A stretch of DNA of 64,000 nt from Verrucomicrobiaceae bacterium (GCA_051252135.1 JBPOGH010000001.1:480001-544000); one strand, 5' to 3'; counted from the first letter of the stretch, positions 29,813-40,580 are shown. The notes: generated from the letters alone by a model not told the origin. Program-made: numbers and translations.

Positions 29813-30754
29813 ATGGCTTCAGCCCCTGCTCTCGACCTCAAGGAAGACATTCTTCGACTCAAAAAAGAACGCAACGCCGTCATCCTCGCGCACAACTACC
29901 AGATCGGCCCGATTCAGGACATTGCCGACTACGTGGGTGACTCACTCGGGCTCGCTTACCGCGCCCAGGAAACCGATGCCGATGTCATCGTCTTCTGCGG
30001 CGTCCACTTCATGGCGGAGACCGCCAAAATCCTCAACCCCACCAAAACCGTCGTTCTTCCCGACAAGGATGCCGGCTGCTCTCTCGAACAAGCGTGCCCT
30101 GCTGATAAGCTTGCCGCCTATCTCGAGGAAAATAAGGAAAAGAATTACTACGTCATCGCCTACATCAACTGCTCCGCAGGAGTAAAGGCACTCTGTGATG
30201 TCATCTGCACCTCCGGCAACGCTCCCCGCATCGTCGAGCAAGCACCTGCCGATCGCCCCATCCTCTTTGTTCCGGACGAAAATCTTGGCCAATGGGTCAT
30301 CGAACAAACCGGACGCAAAATGGACCTTTGGAAAGGCAATTGCTACGTCCACGTCGAATTTACCCGCGAATCGATCCAAAAAATCAAAGACGAATTCCCC
30401 GATGCCCAGGTCGTTGCTCACCCCGAGTGCACCAAAGCCGTCCGCCTTCTCGCAGACGAGGTTTGCTCCACTGAAAAAATGGTGCACTTCTGCAAGAACA
30501 GCCCCGCCCAAAACATCGTCGTCGTCACCGAGTCCGGTATGCTTCACCGCATCCAAAAGGAAGTCCCTGAAAAGAACCTCATCCCCGGACCCACCGACCA
30601 CTGCGCCTGCGCAGACTGCCGCTACATGAAAATGAACACGCTCGAGAAGCTCCATGCCTGCCTTGAAAATCTCGAGCCTCGCGTCGAGCTCCCTGAGGAT
30701 ATTCGGGCCAAAGCGGAGATCTCCCTCGTCAGAATGCTCGAGCAGTCGAAGTGA
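29813..30754 (+). CDS. nadA: Quinolinate synthase
   Basis: ILAHNYQ, FCGVHFMAETAK, AGCSL, YINCSA, AHPEC, C.YMKMNTL. Confidence 0.96.
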   Translation: MASAPALDLKEDILRLKKERNAVILAHNYQIGPIQDIADYVGDSLGLAYRAQETDADVIVFCGVHFMAETAKILNPTKTVVLPDKDAGCSLEQACPADKLAAYLEENKEKNYYVIAYINCSAGVKALCDVICTSGNAPRIVEQAPADRPILFVPDENLGQWVIEQTGRKMDLWKGNCYVHVEFTRESIQKIKDEFPDAQVVAHPECTKAVRLLADEVCSTEKMVHFCKNSPAQNIVVVTESGMLHRIQKEVPEKNLIPGPTDHCACADCRYMKMNTLEKLHACLENLEPRVELPEDIRAKAEISLVRMLEQSK

Positions 30755-30757
30755 AAA

Positions 30758-31198
30758 TCACTCGTCCATTTCCGCTTCCGAAATCCCCTTTTTGACTTTC
30801 CCCAGGAACAAAAAGACCGCCAGGGACAACATCGAAAGAGTTGCTGAAAGCAACCAGAGATCAAACGCCACCGCACATCCAATGGCCCCGGTAATCCAAA
30901 TTGCCGCCGCCGACGCCGTCCCTTGCACTTCCCGGTCACTTTTCAAAATAGCTCCTCCTCCTAAAAAGCCGATTCCCGTAAGCAGCCCCGCTACCACGCG
31001 CGCCGACGCATCAGGAGCATCAATCGGGCCAATCACGCTGACCCCAATCCACGTATACGCACAGGCTCCGGCTGCCACTAGCGGATAAGTCCTTAGTCCT
31101 GCAATCCGGGTATGTTTTTCCCGGTTCCAGGCAATTGGCAGGGATAATACGACAGAAACCAACAGCTTCTGCACCACTTCAATCTCATCAACAATCAT
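30758..31198 (-). CDS. MgtC/SapB-family membrane protein
   Basis: AGLRTYPLV, TGIGFLGGGAI, TASAAAIW. Confidence 0.9.
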   Translation of the reverse strand: MIVDEIEVVQKLLVSVVLSLPIAWNREKHTRIAGLRTYPLVAAGACAYTWIGVSVIGPIDAPDASARVVAGLLTGIGFLGGGAILKSDREVQGTASAAAIWITGAIGCAVAFDLWLLSATLSMLSLAVFLFLGKVKKGISEAEMDE

Positions 31199-31213
31199 AA
31201 CGGTTCGATCTTC

Positions 31214-32515
31214 TTAGAGTTTCCAGCCACCCCGATACACGCGGCCCAGCAGTGCGTTCGCCTCATCGTCACCCGGCGAAATTTCCTTCTCGCCATCCCA
31301 TTCAATACTGCGACCCAACTTCATCGAGTTCATCGCCAACAGGCTCATATTGGTCGAGCGGTGGGCAATCTCAATGTCGCAGACCGGCCGTCGATTCGTC
31401 TTGATGGCATCTAAAAAGTCACTCCACAGCTCACGAATATTCTGCGAATCGGGAGCATTCAACTGGGCCTTTTCGTGAATAACCTCTCCGCTCTTCCAAC
31501 TCGGCGTAAAAGTCCACCCGTCCTGCCAACCCAAATGAAGCACCCCCTTCGTCCCATAGAAATACGCCCCCACATTGTGATCCGGATGCTCATTTCCACC
31601 GAAATTTCGATTATCCCAAATACAGGTGAAATCCTCAAAGTCAAAGGTCGCCACCTGATGGTCAGGAGCATCGGTCGTCATCATCCCGCCCGAATTCACC
31701 ACCTCCCCCCGCACATCGCGGCCCCCGGATGAAAACACCTTCGATGGTGCCTTCTCCTCGGTCCACCACAAGACCTGGTCAAACCAGTGAATCCCCCAAT
31801 CTGCGATCGTTCCGTTCGCGTAGTCCAAAAAATTCCGCCACCCCTTGGGGTGCATCTTCTTATTGAAAGGGCGCACAGGGGCCGGTCCACACCAGGCATC
31901 CCAATCAAGACCGTCGGGAACCTCTTCGTTGGCCGTCGGCTCTTCCTCCGCCCCTCCATAATGGATGATGCAACGCACCATCCCCACATCACCCACTTTC
32001 CCGGATTTTAGAAAATCCATCGCCGAAATATTGTGGGGAGACACCCTTCGGTGGGTGCCCACCTGCACCACCCGTCCCGCATCCCGGGCGGCCTTCACCA
32101 TCGCCTGACCTTCCCTGATATTGTGCCCGATCGGCTTCTCACAATACACATGGGCCCCGGCCCGAACTGCCGCGATCATATGAAAGGCGTGCCAGTGGTC
32201 CGGTGATCCCACAATCACAATTTCAGGCGACTCTTTCTCCAGCATTTCACGAAAATCCTCATACTCTTTCGCCACCGACCCGGTCCACCCTTTCAACTCC
32301 TCGTTGACCCTCACCATGGCATGTTGATCCACATCACACACCGCCACCACGGACGAATGGCCCGCTTTCACTGCTTCGCGCAGGATATTGGTTCCCCACC
32401 ATCCACACCCGATCAGTGCTGTCCGATATACTTTTCCGCTTTTGATGTCCCCAAGAATGAGAGGGGCCCCCAATGTCCCGGCGACTCCGGAAAGAAAATT
32501 TCGGCGTGTTTGCAT
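31214..32515 (-). CDS. Gfo/Idh/MocA oxidoreductase with Tat signal
   Basis: TRRNFL, GCGWWG, PDHWH, YCEKP. Confidence 0.9.
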   Translation of the reverse strand: MQTRRNFLSGVAGTLGAPLILGDIKSGKVYRTALIGCGWWGTNILREAVKAGHSSVVAVCDVDQHAMVRVNEELKGWTGSVAKEYEDFREMLEKESPEIVIVGSPDHWHAFHMIAAVRAGAHVYCEKPIGHNIREGQAMVKAARDAGRVVQVGTHRRVSPHNISAMDFLKSGKVGDVGMVRCIIHYGGAEEEPTANEEVPDGLDWDAWCGPAPVRPFNKKMHPKGWRNFLDYANGTIADWGIHWFDQVLWWTEEKAPSKVFSSGGRDVRGEVVNSGGMMTTDAPDHQVATFDFEDFTCIWDNRNFGGNEHPDHNVGAYFYGTKGVLHLGWQDGWTFTPSWKSGEVIHEKAQLNAPDSQNIRELWSDFLDAIKTNRRPVCDIEIAHRSTNMSLLAMNSMKLGRSIEWDGEKEISPGDDEANALLGRVYRGGWKL

Positions 32516-32600
32516 TCCTCAATTCTGGGTGTCTATCTTAAGAGGTCAAGCCAGCGGCGGAATACTCGACAAAGCCTTCAAGGAAGGCTAAATATTCTTC

Positions 32601-33200
32601 ATGCCCACTTTGCGCACTCTTTTGATTCTTCTTTCCCTGATTTTGGTCAGCCATGCCGCTCCAAAAATCGCCACGGTGGACGTTGGAAAAGTCATTGGTT
32701 CCTACCACGTCACTGAAAAAGATAGCAAAGAACTTCAGGCCATGCGCGAAGCGCTTAATGAAGACAAACGGGCCATCAAACTCAAAGAGACCCAAGGACG
32801 CCTTGAGACGGCGATCAAAGCCTTGCAGGACGCTGTCGCTCAACAAAATGAACAGGAATCCCTACTCTTGGAGGCACAGGCCGCACGAGCCGATTACGAG
32901 GACATCTATACCCAATGGCAGAAATGGTACAGTGAAGAGATGAGAAAAATCAATGAAGACTTCGTAAGCCGGTCTCGCGCGACCCTCAACAAAATCGCTG
33001 AAGCCTCACGGACTGTCGGTGACCGGCAGGGCTACGATTGGGTCCTCGACATCAATGGAAGCACCAGCAGTCAGGTTCCGGCTGTTCTCTACGTCAGGGA
33101 TGCCACAGACATCTCTACGGAGGTCCTTGCAATTCTCAACAAAGATGCTCCTGTAACTCAGGATGAGGAAACTTCCGAATCCCCCTCCAATAACAACTGA
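32601..33200 (+). CDS. OmpH/Skp periplasmic chaperone
   Basis: Signal peptide, KIATVD, coiled coil, GYDWVLD, DISTEVL. Confidence 0.82.
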   Translation: MPTLRTLLILLSLILVSHAAPKIATVDVGKVIGSYHVTEKDSKELQAMREALNEDKRAIKLKETQGRLETAIKALQDAVAQQNEQESLLLEAQAARADYEDIYTQWQKWYSEEMRKINEDFVSRSRATLNKIAEASRTVGDRQGYDWVLDINGSTSSQVPAVLYVRDATDISTEVLAILNKDAPVTQDEETSESPSNNN

Positions 33201-33211
33201 CTCCCCCATCT

Positions 33212-33733
33212 GTGGACTTTATCCTCGATCTCTTAAAAGCCCCCTTCGTCTGGGGTCTGCTCCTCGGCCTTCTTATTGCCTTCTTCACCTGGAAATCCGG
33301 ATTCTCGTCCCGGCGGGTTCTCAGAAAAGAAGTCGAAAGGATCCAATCCGAAAGCCAGGAATTGCAAAGACATCTGAATACCCACCTCAAGGTCCAAGCC
33401 GAGGGAACCGGGTCCCTTCAGGAACAACTCGACGAACTCCGTAAACAAAACGAAAATCTGCGCGTAAACATCGCCTCTCTCCAGCAAAAGCCCGGAAGAG
33501 CGGAGCTCCGGCATCTTCAGATCATGGAGAACGCTGTGGGTCTTATGCGGGAACAGGCTCCCGGATTCGCCCAGGCATGGGAGGCTGCCGTCCGTCAGGC
33601 CGAACATGATCACGCCGAAGGTGAAGGTGGCCTTAAAAAACTTGTTCGCCGTGTTCTTCCAGCGATCAGCACCTCCGCACATCCTCCGGTGGAAATCAAC
33701 GAGGAAGAAAAGGAGAAGGCCAAAGACGCTTAA
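33212..33733 (+). CDS. Membrane-anchored coiled-coil hypothetical protein
   Basis: N-terminal TM helix then heptads; GTG start. Confidence 0.7.
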   Translation: MDFILDLLKAPFVWGLLLGLLIAFFTWKSGFSSRRVLRKEVERIQSESQELQRHLNTHLKVQAEGTGSLQEQLDELRKQNENLRVNIASLQQKPGRAELRHLQIMENAVGLMREQAPGFAQAWEAAVRQAEHDHAEGEGGLKKLVRRVLPAISTSAHPPVEINEEEKEKAKDA

Positions 33734-33783
33734 GATTTCTTTCCGTGCCGCCCCCGTAATGGGGATCGTGGCAATCCGATCAC

Positions 33784-33815
33784 AAAAAAAGGAGTGATTT
33801 GCATCACTCCTTTTT
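33784..33815. terminator. Bidirectional intrinsic terminator
   Basis: AAAAAAAGGAGTGAT-ttgc-ATCACTCCTTTTT between convergent genes. Confidence 0.85.
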
Positions 33816-33842
33816 CGTCGAAATTTCGCTATTGCTTCGCCT

Positions 33843-35015
33843 CTAGTGCGCGCGGCAGAACTCCTCAAAACGGGTAATCCCCTCGTTCAACACGTCGAGC
33901 GTCGTGCAGTAGCTGAGACGGACAGCCGAGTCGTGTCCAAAGGCGACACCGGGAACAGCTGCCACTTTGTAGCGGGTCAGGAGTTTGTCACAAAGATTTC
34001 CGGAACGCAGCCCCAGATCCGTGCAATTGACGAAGAAGTAAAAGGCTCCCCGAGGCTCCACCACACTCACGTTGGGAATCGCCTTAAGACGTCCCAACAT
34101 GAACTGACGGCGCACATCATATTCCCCGCGAAGGTTTTCGATGAACTCCGCAGACTCGGGAGCCTGGAGCGCTGCCAATGCTCCATATTGGGCAAAGGTC
34201 GTGGCGTTTGAAGTAGTGTGACTCTGAATCTTGATCAGCGCCTCGGCGATCGGAAGTGGGGCGGCAGTGTAACCGATCCGCCATCCCGTCATCGAGTGGG
34301 ACTTGGAGAACCCATTCACCGTGATCGTCAAATTGTAGGCGTCCTCATTGACCGAAGCGACACTCACGTGCTCGGCCTCACCGTAGACGAGATGCTCGTA
34401 AATTTCGTCAGCAAGAATGATGATATCCTCGTAGGAGGCGACTTCCACCAAGGCTTCAATCTCTTCCCGGCGGTAAACCGAACCGGTCGGGTTTCCCGGT
34501 GTATTGAGAATGATCATCTTCGTCCGGGGAGACATCGCCTCCTCAAACTCCTCGGCAGTTAGCTTCCACTTGTTGCTTTCCTTCGTCTCAACAATGACGG
34601 GAATCCCTCCGGCCATCTTCACCATCTCCGGATAACTTACCCAGTATGGAGCGGGAATGATGACCTCATCACCTTCCTCTACCACTGCAAGAATCGCATT
34701 GTAACAAGCCTGCTTCGCACCGCTGGTCACACAAATTTGCTTGGGTTCGTAATCGACCTTATTCTGCTGCTTCAGCTTATCTGAAATCGCCTCGCGCAGC
34801 TCGGGAATTCCCGCGGCAGGCGTATACTTGGTCTTCCCTTCGGAAAGCGCTGCAAATGCAGCTTGCTTGATGAAATCCGGGGTATCGACATCGGGCTCGC
34901 CTCCTGCGAGACCGTACACTTCTTCACCGGCGGCGCGAAGTGCTTTCGTTTGATTGGTAACGGAGAGGGTCAGAGACGGACTGACGGACTGAATGCGACT
35001 TGAGAGACTTTCCAT
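33843..35015 (-). CDS. PLP-dependent class I (aspartate-type) aminotransferase
   Basis: GEPD, GAKQA, PYWVSY, NPTG, DEIY, SKSHSMTGWRIG. Confidence 0.93.
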   Translation of the reverse strand: MESLSSRIQSVSPSLTLSVTNQTKALRAAGEEVYGLAGGEPDVDTPDFIKQAAFAALSEGKTKYTPAAGIPELREAISDKLKQQNKVDYEPKQICVTSGAKQACYNAILAVVEEGDEVIIPAPYWVSYPEMVKMAGGIPVIVETKESNKWKLTAEEFEEAMSPRTKMIILNTPGNPTGSVYRREEIEALVEVASYEDIIILADEIYEHLVYGEAEHVSVASVNEDAYNLTITVNGFSKSHSMTGWRIGYTAAPLPIAEALIKIQSHTTSNATTFAQYGALAALQAPESAEFIENLRGEYDVRRQFMLGRLKAIPNVSVVEPRGAFYFFVNCTDLGLRSGNLCDKLLTRYKVAAVPGVAFGHDSAVRLSYCTTLDVLNEGITRFEEFCRAH

Positions 35016-35158
35016 GGAATCGTAATAGTGAGCGCCCGAAACCGGGACAAAGACGACGATGGAGCCAAGCGGCAGACTTCCCCCCGGGGAGCGGGTTTTT
35101 TCTGCACCTGACTGCCGCTCCATGCAAGAGAAATGCGGTCGGATGTTGCGAATTTCTC

Positions 35159-35989
35159 TCAGCTTGAAGCGTCAAAACTCGCCGTAACCCACTTCCCCCG
35201 CTTCCTGAATTCCAGCAACTCAAATCCGCATGATTTGGCCTTTTCCTCCACGTCCGGCCACTGTTCCGCAAGAATCCCCGATAAAATCAAACGCCCCGAT
35301 GGCAAAATCCATCCCGCAATCAAGGGAAGCGCCTCCAAAAGAACCGTGGAAAAAAGATTGGCCGCCACCACCTCAAAACGCTCCGCATTCGTCCACTCAA
35401 AAACATCCGCCTCAAAGATATTAAGGCCGGATACCCCGTTCCGCTCCGCGTTGTGCTGCGCCACCTCGACCGCCTTGGCGTCATAATCGAATGCCTCCAC
35501 CTTCCCGGCACCAAGAAACTTTGCAGCCAGAGCCAACACTCCGCTTCCCGTTCCCAGATCCAGAAACGTCCAGCCCTCCTTCCGGCGGCGTGCCGAATCC
35601 ACTAGAAACCTCAGGCAGGTGGACGTCGTGGGATGATCGCCCGTTCCAAACGCCATCTCCGCAGGGATCGTGATCACATCGCGATCCGGAAACTGCGCCA
35701 CCACACTCTCACGATCCTCAATTGGTGAAATCACCAGACGGTCCCGGATCACGATCGGCGAAGTGTTCGCCGGCCCCAAAGCGGCCCAATTCTGACTCTT
35801 CAGCTCCCTGACACTCCCACCAAACTGCTTCTTGATCTCCAATCCGCCAGCCTCGGTCTCGCAATAGACCTCCACCCGCACAGACTTCCCTCCTTTGATC
35901 TCCGTAATCACCGTGTTGGGGTTACCATGAAAACGCTCCTCCCAGGCATCACTCCACTGAATTCCCGAAAGTTTCGACCACACCCACAT
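35159..35989 (-). CDS. prmA: Ribosomal protein L11 methyltransferase-like
   Basis: MAFGTGDHPTT, LDLGTGSGVL, ANL, LSGIL. Confidence 0.85.
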   Translation of the reverse strand: MWVWSKLSGIQWSDAWEERFHGNPNTVITEIKGGKSVRVEVYCETEAGGLEIKKQFGGSVRELKSQNWAALGPANTSPIVIRDRLVISPIEDRESVVAQFPDRDVITIPAEMAFGTGDHPTTSTCLRFLVDSARRRKEGWTFLDLGTGSGVLALAAKFLGAGKVEAFDYDAKAVEVAQHNAERNGVSGLNIFEADVFEWTNAERFEVVAANLFSTVLLEALPLIAGWILPSGRLILSGILAEQWPDVEEKAKSCGFELLEFRKRGKWVTASFDASS

Positions 35990-36019
35990 TCCTCGTAAGT
36001 ATCAGGCCACCACCCCAGA

Positions 36020-36517
36020 TCAAGTCTGGACAATCTCATGGGGGAATACAGGAGGCGTGAGCGAACACTTCTCCATGTAATCCGCCCAATGCTCCAGTTT
36101 CCAGGCATCCCGCGGGTTCGCCCTCACCCTGATCCGCTCTTTCCTCACCTCTTCCGGACAGGTCACAAAATACACCTCAACCTCACATCCGAATCGCTCG
36201 CTTAATCCCTTCTTCCAATTGGGGTTCGCAATCTCCCGCGTAAACGGTCCCACCATCACCACCGGGAGATGGGGCAGATTCTCCTCCGCCACCCGGTAGA
36301 GACACTCATAAACAGCGTCCCGAAACGCCTGAACATACTCCGGAGAATCCCGGTCTTTCGGATCCCACCCCGCAGCCTTCATCCCCGCACAGACTACCTC
36401 CTCGGTCACCGTGTCACTATCCAAAAAACAAGCCCTCAACTCAGATGCCACCCTCCGTCCGTAAGTACTTTTCCCCACTCCGGCCGCTCCGCAAATCACC
36501 TTGAGCCTGTTCATCAA
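36020..36517 (-). CDS. Small P-loop kinase/ATPase (AAA_33-like)
   Basis: GAAGVGKST and R..R...R lid. Confidence 0.8.
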   Translation of the reverse strand: MMNRLKVICGAAGVGKSTYGRRVASELRACFLDSDTVTEEVVCAGMKAAGWDPKDRDSPEYVQAFRDAVYECLYRVAEENLPHLPVVMVGPFTREIANPNWKKGLSERFGCEVEVYFVTCPEEVRKERIRVRANPRDAWKLEHWADYMEKCSLTPPVFPHEIVQT

Positions 36518-37626
36518 TACTCTGATTTCTTCGGGTCCACTTCCTTGCTCAAAAAACGATCAATCGTCTCCCGTGCATGTTTTTTTCCCTCTTCGGCATC
36601 AAAACCTTCCTCCCGAACCTTTCCGGCATATCCAAAATGAAGCTGATAGAGCTTCTTCCCGTCCACCTCACCCTTGAGCGTAAAGGATTCGCGCGTCCGA
36701 AACACCTCCGCCCACTTTTGGCGCACTTCCGCCCAATAGGGTCCCTCTTTCTCCCAATTTTCTCCAGCCGCCGCCAGACTCGGGCCGGATATTCTCTCAT
36801 ATCGATTCACGCCCAACTCCTGCCCCACCACCGATAGCGCTCCCTTTTCCCCAACCATAAGCTTCCTGTTCTTCTGCACATGCACCCACCCATTCGCGGT
36901 GATCGTGATTTCATGCTCACCCGATAACACATTGTAGTCATCCCTTACCGAGAACTCCCGACGCGGCAACGGACGCCAGCTCTCACCACTTTTCCACGTC
37001 GACATCCCCCCGCGGTGGGACCAGCGCCCCACCACTTCATATCGGGGGGAATCATCCACCTGAAACACCGCCTGTGTCCAAGCCCCTTTCACCCGGGGAT
37101 GGGTCTTTTTCTTCCAGGTCTGGCGACCGGCATAAACGTGTAAATCCGCATCCTCATAACGCCAATCCTGTCGCCAGTGTTTCATCACCATCGGCCCCTC
37201 AATCGTCCCGTCCTGACCTTTAAAATACATCACCAAGGTGTGCTGTAGGGACACAAACCCGGGCTCATTCGCCAGCACCGCCACCCGCTCCGTCCCCCAC
37301 GAAAAATACGGCTTGGGAGGCTTATATCCCTTGGCAAACCCCATCGTCTCCACAAAGTCAAAACTCACCCGATAATCCCCTGCCATCGCCAGGATCGCCC
37401 TCCGGTCCCGTTCCTTTTTCTCCAACCCCTTCTCACGCAGAGCGGTCCATTCCTTCGATGGCTCCTCATCCAGAGTCACCTCCAACCCCTTGGTCATTCC
37501 TCCTTGCGGCTGCATCTCGGCTGCTTCCATAAAGGGCCACGCAAACACGTGCCCCCGCACCGGAGCTTCCTCGGCTACCACAACCCCCACCAACAACAAA
37601 AACGAGGCGATCAATTTCATCCCCAT
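36514..37626 (-). CDS. Exported protein, DUF6607-like
   Basis: Signal peptide, KHWRQDW.YE, QVDDSPRY, RPLPRRE. Confidence 0.7.
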   Translation of the reverse strand: MGMKLIASFLLLVGVVVAEEAPVRGHVFAWPFMEAAEMQPQGGMTKGLEVTLDEEPSKEWTALREKGLEKKERDRRAILAMAGDYRVSFDFVETMGFAKGYKPPKPYFSWGTERVAVLANEPGFVSLQHTLVMYFKGQDGTIEGPMVMKHWRQDWRYEDADLHVYAGRQTWKKKTHPRVKGAWTQAVFQVDDSPRYEVVGRWSHRGGMSTWKSGESWRPLPRREFSVRDDYNVLSGEHEITITANGWVHVQKNRKLMVGEKGALSVVGQELGVNRYERISGPSLAAAGENWEKEGPYWAEVRQKWAEVFRTRESFTLKGEVDGKKLYQLHFGYAGKVREEGFDAEEGKKHARETIDRFLSKEVDPKKSEY

Positions 37627-37630
37627 ACTC

Positions 37631-38518
37631 TTACCCTTTTTTCGGTGAGTTCAACACCTTCTCCATCCAGGCCAGCACCTTCTTGACCCCCTCGTCCTTC
37701 TTCATTCTCAACGCTCCGTTGTGCCCCCCTTCTTCAATCTCCAAAAGTGTCTTGGGCTCCCTCGCCTTTTGAAACAATTCCCTCGCCTGCTCCACCGGCA
37801 CCACGGCATCGACCTGACCGTGAACCAGCAACAGCGGGACCGGACTCAACTTTGCAACATAATCCCGCGGGGCCAATTCATCACTCACCATCCGACCTCC
37901 AAATTCTCCTCCCACCTTCGTCGCCATCTCCTTGTAGGAGCTGAATCCCGCAAAACTGATTACCCCCCGAACTCCCTCCACCGCCTTCTCGCCCAACGCC
38001 GCAATCGACTTCGCCCCGCCCAGACTGTGACCAAAGGAAATCAAGCGCCCCGGATCCACATCGGACCGCGTCTTTACATAGGCAAATGCCGCCCGCACAT
38101 CCTGCACAATCCCCTTGCGATCCACCTCCCCCTCCGATTTTCCATAACCCCGATAGTCGTAAAGCAGAACATTGTATCCCCCATTGATGGCCCACGTGAT
38201 AAATCCCAGATGATACCCTACCGCCCCCGCGTTCCCATGGGAAAACACCACCGTCCCCTTCGCTTTCTTCATTCCATGGGCAGGCAAAAACCAACCATGC
38301 AGCTTGGTTCCATCCTCGCTCTTGAAAGTCACCTCCTCATACTTGTATCCAAACTCCCCCGGCTCGTAGAGCCCCTTCTCGGTCGGGTAATAGAAAAAAC
38401 GATTCCCCCCGTTTTCCCCCAACAGCCTCTCCGCAAGCGCTGCTGATTTCTCCGCAAGATCAGCCTGCAGCACCATCACCGGGCACAGCAGGACCAAAGC
38501 CATTCTCAATATCGCCAT
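37631..38518 (-). CDS. Alpha/beta hydrolase (YfhR-like)
   Basis: LHGWF, HGNAG, DYRGYG.S, GHSLGG, HG..D.VVP. Confidence 0.88.
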   Translation of the reverse strand: MAILRMALVLLCPVMVLQADLAEKSAALAERLLGENGGNRFFYYPTEKGLYEPGEFGYKYEEVTFKSEDGTKLHGWFLPAHGMKKAKGTVVFSHGNAGAVGYHLGFITWAINGGYNVLLYDYRGYGKSEGEVDRKGIVQDVRAAFAYVKTRSDVDPGRLISFGHSLGGAKSIAALGEKAVEGVRGVISFAGFSSYKEMATKVGGEFGGRMVSDELAPRDYVAKLSPVPLLLVHGQVDAVVPVEQARELFQKAREPKTLLEIEEGGHNGALRMKKDEGVKKVLAWMEKVLNSPKKG

Positions 38519-38535
38519 ATCTCTTTAACGGTTGC

Positions 38536-39504
38536 TTAGAACAAAAACTTCACCCCCCAGGAAAGCCACAGCGGCATCGTCACCAAGGCCGCGATCGATG
38601 TCGCCATCACCACCTGCACCGCCACCCCCGGACTCCCCCCATAATGTCGAGCCACAATGATCGGCGTAACCGCTGCCGGCATACACGCCTGCACCAGCAG
38701 CACCTGCTTCAGCGCCACCGCAATCGGAAGCCATTTGGCGGCCGAAAGGATCACCAATGGCATGATCACCAACCTCACCAGCAACCCGCCCCCGCTCACC
38801 CGCATCGACAATTTTTCCTTCCCCACCAAATCATACATCATCGCCCCGATCAGCATCAGCCCGATAGGAAACGCACATCCCCCCAACCAATGCATCGCCT
38901 GCCGAATGATCAGCCCCAGCATCCCTCCCTCTTCCGGGTCAAAAAATCGCCACCCTCCCGTCCACGATAATCCAATGCCCAGCACCACCGCCACAATCGG
39001 TCCGTTCAGCAATTGCCTCGGGCTTCGAATAAACTTCCCCGTCATCACCATGATTCCCACACACCACATCGCAATCTCCACTCCCAGACTGTGGACAAAA
39101 AGCACCCCAAGCACCTCGTCATTTCCTTCAATCACAAAGAGTGACGCCAGAATCGGAATCGCCGTATATCCGTAGTTCTGAATCCCTCCCGCAAAAGTAA
39201 ACGTCCTCTTCCCCCCACCCGGCTTCAATCCCAATCCCGCCCCCACAAAATACGACACAATCATCCCCGCAATCACCAATCCAAATCCAAGCCCCACCCC
39301 CCAGCCAATCACATCGGCCTGACGCACCAAATCATTCCCCAATGTCTTGTCGAGAATCAGGCAGGGATACAGGCAATGGATCACCAGCTGCAACATCCCC
39401 TTCTCCATCTCCTGGGTCACCACTCTCGTCCTCCGAAGCAACAGACCCACTCCCACCAAAAGGTAGACCGGTAGCACAGCCAGCATAACGACGGAAAAAC
39501 TCAC
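38536..39504 (-). CDS. AEC (auxin efflux carrier) family transporter
   Basis: About ten TM helices; NYGY.AIP and MPAAV. Confidence 0.88.
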   Translation of the reverse strand: MSFSVVMLAVLPVYLLVGVGLLLRRTRVVTQEMEKGMLQLVIHCLYPCLILDKTLGNDLVRQADVIGWGVGLGFGLVIAGMIVSYFVGAGLGLKPGGGKRTFTFAGGIQNYGYTAIPILASLFVIEGNDEVLGVLFVHSLGVEIAMWCVGIMVMTGKFIRSPRQLLNGPIVAVVLGIGLSWTGGWRFFDPEEGGMLGLIIRQAMHWLGGCAFPIGLMLIGAMMYDLVGKEKLSMRVSGGGLLVRLVIMPLVILSAAKWLPIAVALKQVLLVQACMPAAVTPIIVARHYGGSPGVAVQVVMATSIAALVTMPLWLSWGVKFLF

Positions 39505-39596
39505 CCCCCCTGTGTGCCTTCTCCTTACAAAATCAGCAAGACCACACTCAACATCCTTGCCTTGAAGGAATCATCGTGTGAGTCTCCCGCCGTTCC

Positions 39597-39669
<73 letters not shown>

Positions 39670-39686
39670 CCCCACCCTTCCTCCAA

Positions 39687-40547
39687 TCAATCGGGGAAGA
39701 CAATCGCCCGCTGCTCATCGATGATCGTCCGGTCATGCACATGATAGCGAATCCCTTTCGCCAGCGCCGTCCGTTCACAGTCGCGACCCAGCCGGACCAA
39801 ATCGTTCACGGAATGGTGATGCATCACCGAGTCCACTTCCTGCTCAATGATCGGACCCGCATCGAGCTCGGGAGTCACGTAGTGACAAGTCGCCCCAATG
39901 AGCTTCACCCCACGTTCGTAAGCCTGACGATAGGGATTCGCCCCGATGAATGCCGGGAGAAAGCTGTGGTGAATATTGATCATATTCCCCTCATACTTCT
40001 GGCACATCCAGTTCGGCATAATTTGCATGAATCGCGCCAGCACCACCAGCTCCACGTCCTGCTCTTCCAAAAGCCTGTCGACCTCTTGAAAACCAGCCTC
40101 CTTGTCGGTCTTCATATCCACAAAATGAAAAGGAATCCCCGCATTCTCCGCACTCTCGCGACAATCTTCCCGGTTCCCGATGATTGAGGTCACCTCGATC
40201 GGCATCTCTCCCAGCTTCGTCCGCCACAGAATGTCATTCAGACAATGGTCCGTCCGGGTCACCAGCACGGCCGTGCGCATCTTGTAGGGCAACCGGCGGA
40301 AGTGCCAATTCGCTTCAAGCGACTTCCCCAATACCTCAAATCCGGTCACAAAATCATCCACCGATACCTGCAATCGCGTCGTATCGATCTCCAGCCGCGC
40401 AAAGAACTTCCCCCGGTCCCGATCCGTAAATTGGTTCAATTCGATCAAGTTGGCATCGTACTCGGAAGTATACCGCGCAATCTTGGCCACCAGCCCGGGC
40501 TTATCCGGACAAGAGAGTTTGAGAATGAGACCTTCGTTCATGCGCAT
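39687..40547 (-). CDS. purU: Formyltetrahydrofolate deformylase
   Basis: ACT domain (CPDKPGLV), LARFMQI, NIHHSFLPAF.GANPY, GATCHYVT.ELDAGPII. Confidence 0.95.
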   Translation of the reverse strand: MRMNEGLILKLSCPDKPGLVAKIARYTSEYDANLIELNQFTDRDRGKFFARLEIDTTRLQVSVDDFVTGFEVLGKSLEANWHFRRLPYKMRTAVLVTRTDHCLNDILWRTKLGEMPIEVTSIIGNREDCRESAENAGIPFHFVDMKTDKEAGFQEVDRLLEEQDVELVVLARFMQIMPNWMCQKYEGNMINIHHSFLPAFIGANPYRQAYERGVKLIGATCHYVTPELDAGPIIEQEVDSVMHHHSVNDLVRLGRDCERTALAKGIRYHVHDRTIIDEQRAIVFPD

Positions 40548-40580
40548 GCCTTTGCCTTAGTTATCCCCATTATTCAAGCC

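Noticed and set aside
35020..35130. SAH riboswitch
   Set aside because: GAGCG, CAGG and GGCGCTCA fragments are present, but the internal stem and spacing do not fit and the downstream gene is atypical. Kept only as an unassigned structure.
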